Position numbers and translations under genes: made by a program
Assembly: GCF_964355755.1 (NCBI RefSeq)
Contig: NC_092678.1
Coordinates: 22,523,365 to 22,587,364 of the forward strand
DNA length: 64,000 bases
Source of the DNA: Antedon mediterranea
Lineage: Eukaryota > Animalia > Echinodermata
Direction of reading: 5' to 3'
Shown here: positions 61,431-64,000 of the stretch, piece after piece
How the letters are laid out: each line of letters opens with the position of its first letter
How positions within the stretch are numbered: the stretch's first letter is position 1
The notes under the pieces: generated by a model
What the model was told of the DNA's origin: nothing
Databases searched by the model: none
Seen by the model: the letters and a program-made list of their open reading frames with translations, nothing else

Positions 61431-64000
61431 ATGTTTTATAATAGTCTACATGAGTACGAAAATGAAACAATAGGAACTACAGAAACTAATTACTATCTTG
61501 TTAACGATTTTGTCTCCAAATTTAATATTGATAGAGAAAATTTTATTTCAATACTATGTCTGAATTGTCGGAGTATTGTAAACAAGTTTGATAGCATAAG
61601 TGAGTTTATATCCTCATTAAACCGAGAATTTTCTTGTATAGCTCTAGTTGAAACATGGCTAACGAAAAATGATATACCTAATATGTATAGCCTACCAAGT
61701 TACAGATTTATCTACAAAAACAGACATAATAAAAGGGGTGGCGGAATTGGATTATACTTACCTGACAATGCATACTATGCTATAAGAGAAGATCTCTCGG
61801 CTATGATGGATCAATCAGAATCATTATTTGTTGAAGTTGAACATCAAAATAAGAACATTGTATATGGAGTCATATACAGACCCCCGGATAAATGTTCTAA
61901 AAAGTTTAACGAACAATTGGGTACAGTTATGGACATTATTAATAGTGAAAATAAAGATTCATATCTCGTAGGAGATTATAATATTGATTTAGCTAATCAC
62001 ACAGAAAGTAACGTACAGATGCATACAGATACCCTTTTCTCACATTCTTTTATCCCTATCATAAACAAGCCAACGCGTGTAACAGCAAACACAGCTTCAA
62101 TAATCGACAATATTCTTACGAATTCACAGCAATATCATCAGATAGAATCAGGAATAATTTATACGGATATTTCAGACCACTATCCTATCTTTTGCATAAA
62201 TAAATCGGTTAAGACTCCAACAAAACATGTACACAAATATAAGTTACAGCGTAGCTACTCCCGTCGCAATCAAGAACTATTCAGAACTGAACTAGAACGG
62301 CAAGACTGGGAGAATGTAATTAGCAGCTGTTATGCAAATGAGTCGTACGTTAACTTTCATAACACACTAAATAGACTGATAGATAAATGCTTTCCCTTAA
62401 AAAATATACACGTGAGAGCAAATATAAATAAATCTCCGTGGATCACTGAAGGTATTGCAATATCAATTCGTAAGAAAGAAAAACTATACAGTTTGTATAG
62501 AAAAAATCCGACACTTTATAGAAAATCTAAATACACTAACTACAGAAATAAATTAACTAAACTAATACGACTAAGAAAAACGAATTACCTGAATGAAGAA
62601 TTTGAGAAAAATAAAAATAACTCTAAAAAAACATGGCGAAATATTAACAATTTATTAGGAAAAAATTACAATTCGGGAAAACCGTCAAAGATGTTCTTAA
62701 ATACAAACTATTACAACAATGAACAAGATCAAGCGGAAGCAATGAATTCATATTTTATTAATATTGGCAAAAATATAGCAACTGATATAAAAAATAAAAG
62801 AAGTAATAGAATAGATCCACTAACGTTAATGTCTGGCAATTACGCCAATTCTATGTTTATTAGGCCAGTAAATGAACATGACATTAAGAAATATATTGAT
62901 AATCTAGATATAAGTAAGTCACCTGGTAATGATGGAATTGGTGCTCGTTATATTAAACCATTTTCGCAATGCCTAACAATACCGATTAAACATATTGTTA
63001 ATATATCATTGACAACTGGTTGCTTTCCAGATGAATTAAAGATTGCCAGAACTGTGCCTATATTTAAGGGTGGCGATGAAAATGACATAACAAATTATAG
63101 ACCTGTTTCAGTCTTGCCTTGTATTTCTAAAATTTATGAAAGGGTTGTGTATGATCAAACGACTCAATACCTTGACAAACTTAACATCATTAATAAATCA
63201 CAGTTTGGTTTTCGAAAAAACCACTCTACGAGTCATGCACTTTCACAAACAATAGAAAAAATTACTTCAGCAATAGATGAACAAATGATAAGTATCGGCG
63301 TCTTCCTAGACCTTTCTAAGGCATTTGATACGATAGATCATGAGATTCTCTTACAAAAACTCAAATTTTATGGTATTCGGGGCATTGTTCTTGAATGGTT
63401 TAAGAGCTACTTATATATGAGAAAACAATATGTTCACATGGGAAATTGTAAATCAGAATTAAAACTGATTGAATATGGAGTACCACAAGGCTCAATTCTT
63501 GGGCCGTTACTTTTTATAATTTATACAAATGACATTGTTGAAAGTAGTAAATATTTAGAATTTGTCATTTTTGCTGACGATACTAACGTATTTTTTAAGC
63601 ACAAAGATATAAACCTTTTAATTAACACTTTAAATACAGAATTAAGTAAATTAAGTGATTGGTTTACTGCAAACAAATTGAGTCTGAATACAAAGAAGAC
63701 CAAGTTTATCGAATTTAGAAGCATGTATAAGAAAAAAGATACCAATAACTATACTTTATTTATTAATGATGTTGAAATTGAAAGAGTTAGTAAAATTAAG
63801 TTCTTAGGTGTCATTCTTGATGAGTTTGTAACATTCCATGATCACATAGATATCATTACTATGAAAATTGCAAGGGTCATTGGTGTAATGAACAAACTTA
63901 AATATATTGTTCAATCAGATGTTTTGTTAATAATGTACAACTCGTTAATTTTACCTCACCTAATATATGCAATAACTATTTGGGGAGTTGCGGGGGCAAC
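61431..64000 (+). CDS. LINE ORF2: APE endonuclease plus reverse transcriptase, open to the window end
   Basis: ATG 61431; LNCRSIVNK, ETWL, RGGGIG, IYRPP, GDYNID, IIDNI, ISDHYPI, NYRPVSVLP, QFGFRK, FLDLSKAFDTIDH, GVPQGSILGPLLF (in frame at 63477), FADDT. Its absence from the ORF track fits no stop before the window end. Confidence 0.92.
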   Translation, partial: MFYNSLHEYENETIGTTETNYYLVNDFVSKFNIDRENFISILCLNCRSIVNKFDSISEFISSLNREFSCIALVETWLTKNDIPNMYSLPSYRFIYKNRHNKRGGGIGLYLPDNAYYAIREDLSAMMDQSESLFVEVEHQNKNIVYGVIYRPPDKCSKKFNEQLGTVMDIINSENKDSYLVGDYNIDLANHTESNVQMHTDTLFSHSFIPIINKPTRVTANTASIIDNILTNSQQYHQIESGIIYTDISDHYPIFCINKSVKTPTKHVHKYKLQRSYSRRNQELFRTELERQDWENVISSCYANESYVNFHNTLNRLIDKCFPLKNIHVRANINKSPWITEGIAISIRKKEKLYSLYRKNPTLYRKSKYTNYRNKLTKLIRLRKTNYLNEEFEKNKNNSKKTWRNINNLLGKNYNSGKPSKMFLNTNYYNNEQDQAEAMNSYFINIGKNIATDIKNKRSNRIDPLTLMSGNYANSMFIRPVNEHDIKKYIDNLDISKSPGNDGIGARYIKPFSQCLTIPIKHIVNISLTTGCFPDELKIARTVPIFKGGDENDITNYRPVSVLPCISKIYERVVYDQTTQYLDKLNIINKSQFGFRKNHSTSHALSQTIEKITSAIDEQMISIGVFLDLSKAFDTIDHEILLQKLKFYGIRGIVLEWFKSYLYMRKQYVHMGNCKSELKLIEYGVPQGSILGPLLFIIYTNDIVESSKYLEFVIFADDTNVFFKHKDINLLINTLNTELSKLSDWFTANKLSLNTKKTKFIEFRSMYKKKDTNNYTLFINDVEIERVSKIKFLGVILDEFVTFHDHIDIITMKIARVIGVMNKLKYIVQSDVLLIMYNSLILPHLIYAITIWGVAGA

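Larger units (their letters stand above)
60130..64000 (+). mobile_element. CR1/L2-group (Crack-like) non-LTR retrotransposon in an RBM17 intron, continues beyond the window
   Basis: ORF1 followed by an EN-RT ORF2 in the same orientation; 5' boundary approximate. Confidence 0.9.

Overview
AT-rich, intron-rich animal genomic DNA, probably a marine invertebrate deuterostome (inferred from gene structure and repeats, not checked). Three host genes lie on the + strand: a complete 18-exon plasma-membrane Ca2+-ATPase (PMCA, 3559-38540, ~1163 aa), a complete 4-exon alpha-tubulin (42669-45003, 451 aa) and the 5' part of SPF45/RBM17 (from 57037), interrupted by an apparently intact CR1/L2-group LINE that runs off the window. 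Notable structure: (1) an intact 4.5-kb PIF/Harbinger transposon in PMCA intron 3 whose transposase and MADF genes are antisense and mutually interleaved, with about ten same-family MITEs almost all sitting next to PMCA exons; (2) nested Helentron-like elements; (3) satellites that arose inside MITEs; (4) a 3.1-kb foldback palindrome; (5) TAGGCCTA/CTAG tracts that recur just downstream of promoters; (6) a 6-kb unit bounded by diverged inverted repeats, containing non-coding exon candidates and a 157-bp satellite; (7) an RFX/E-box/octamer motif cluster upstream of tubulin. Splice sites and coordinates were read by eye and no database search was run.
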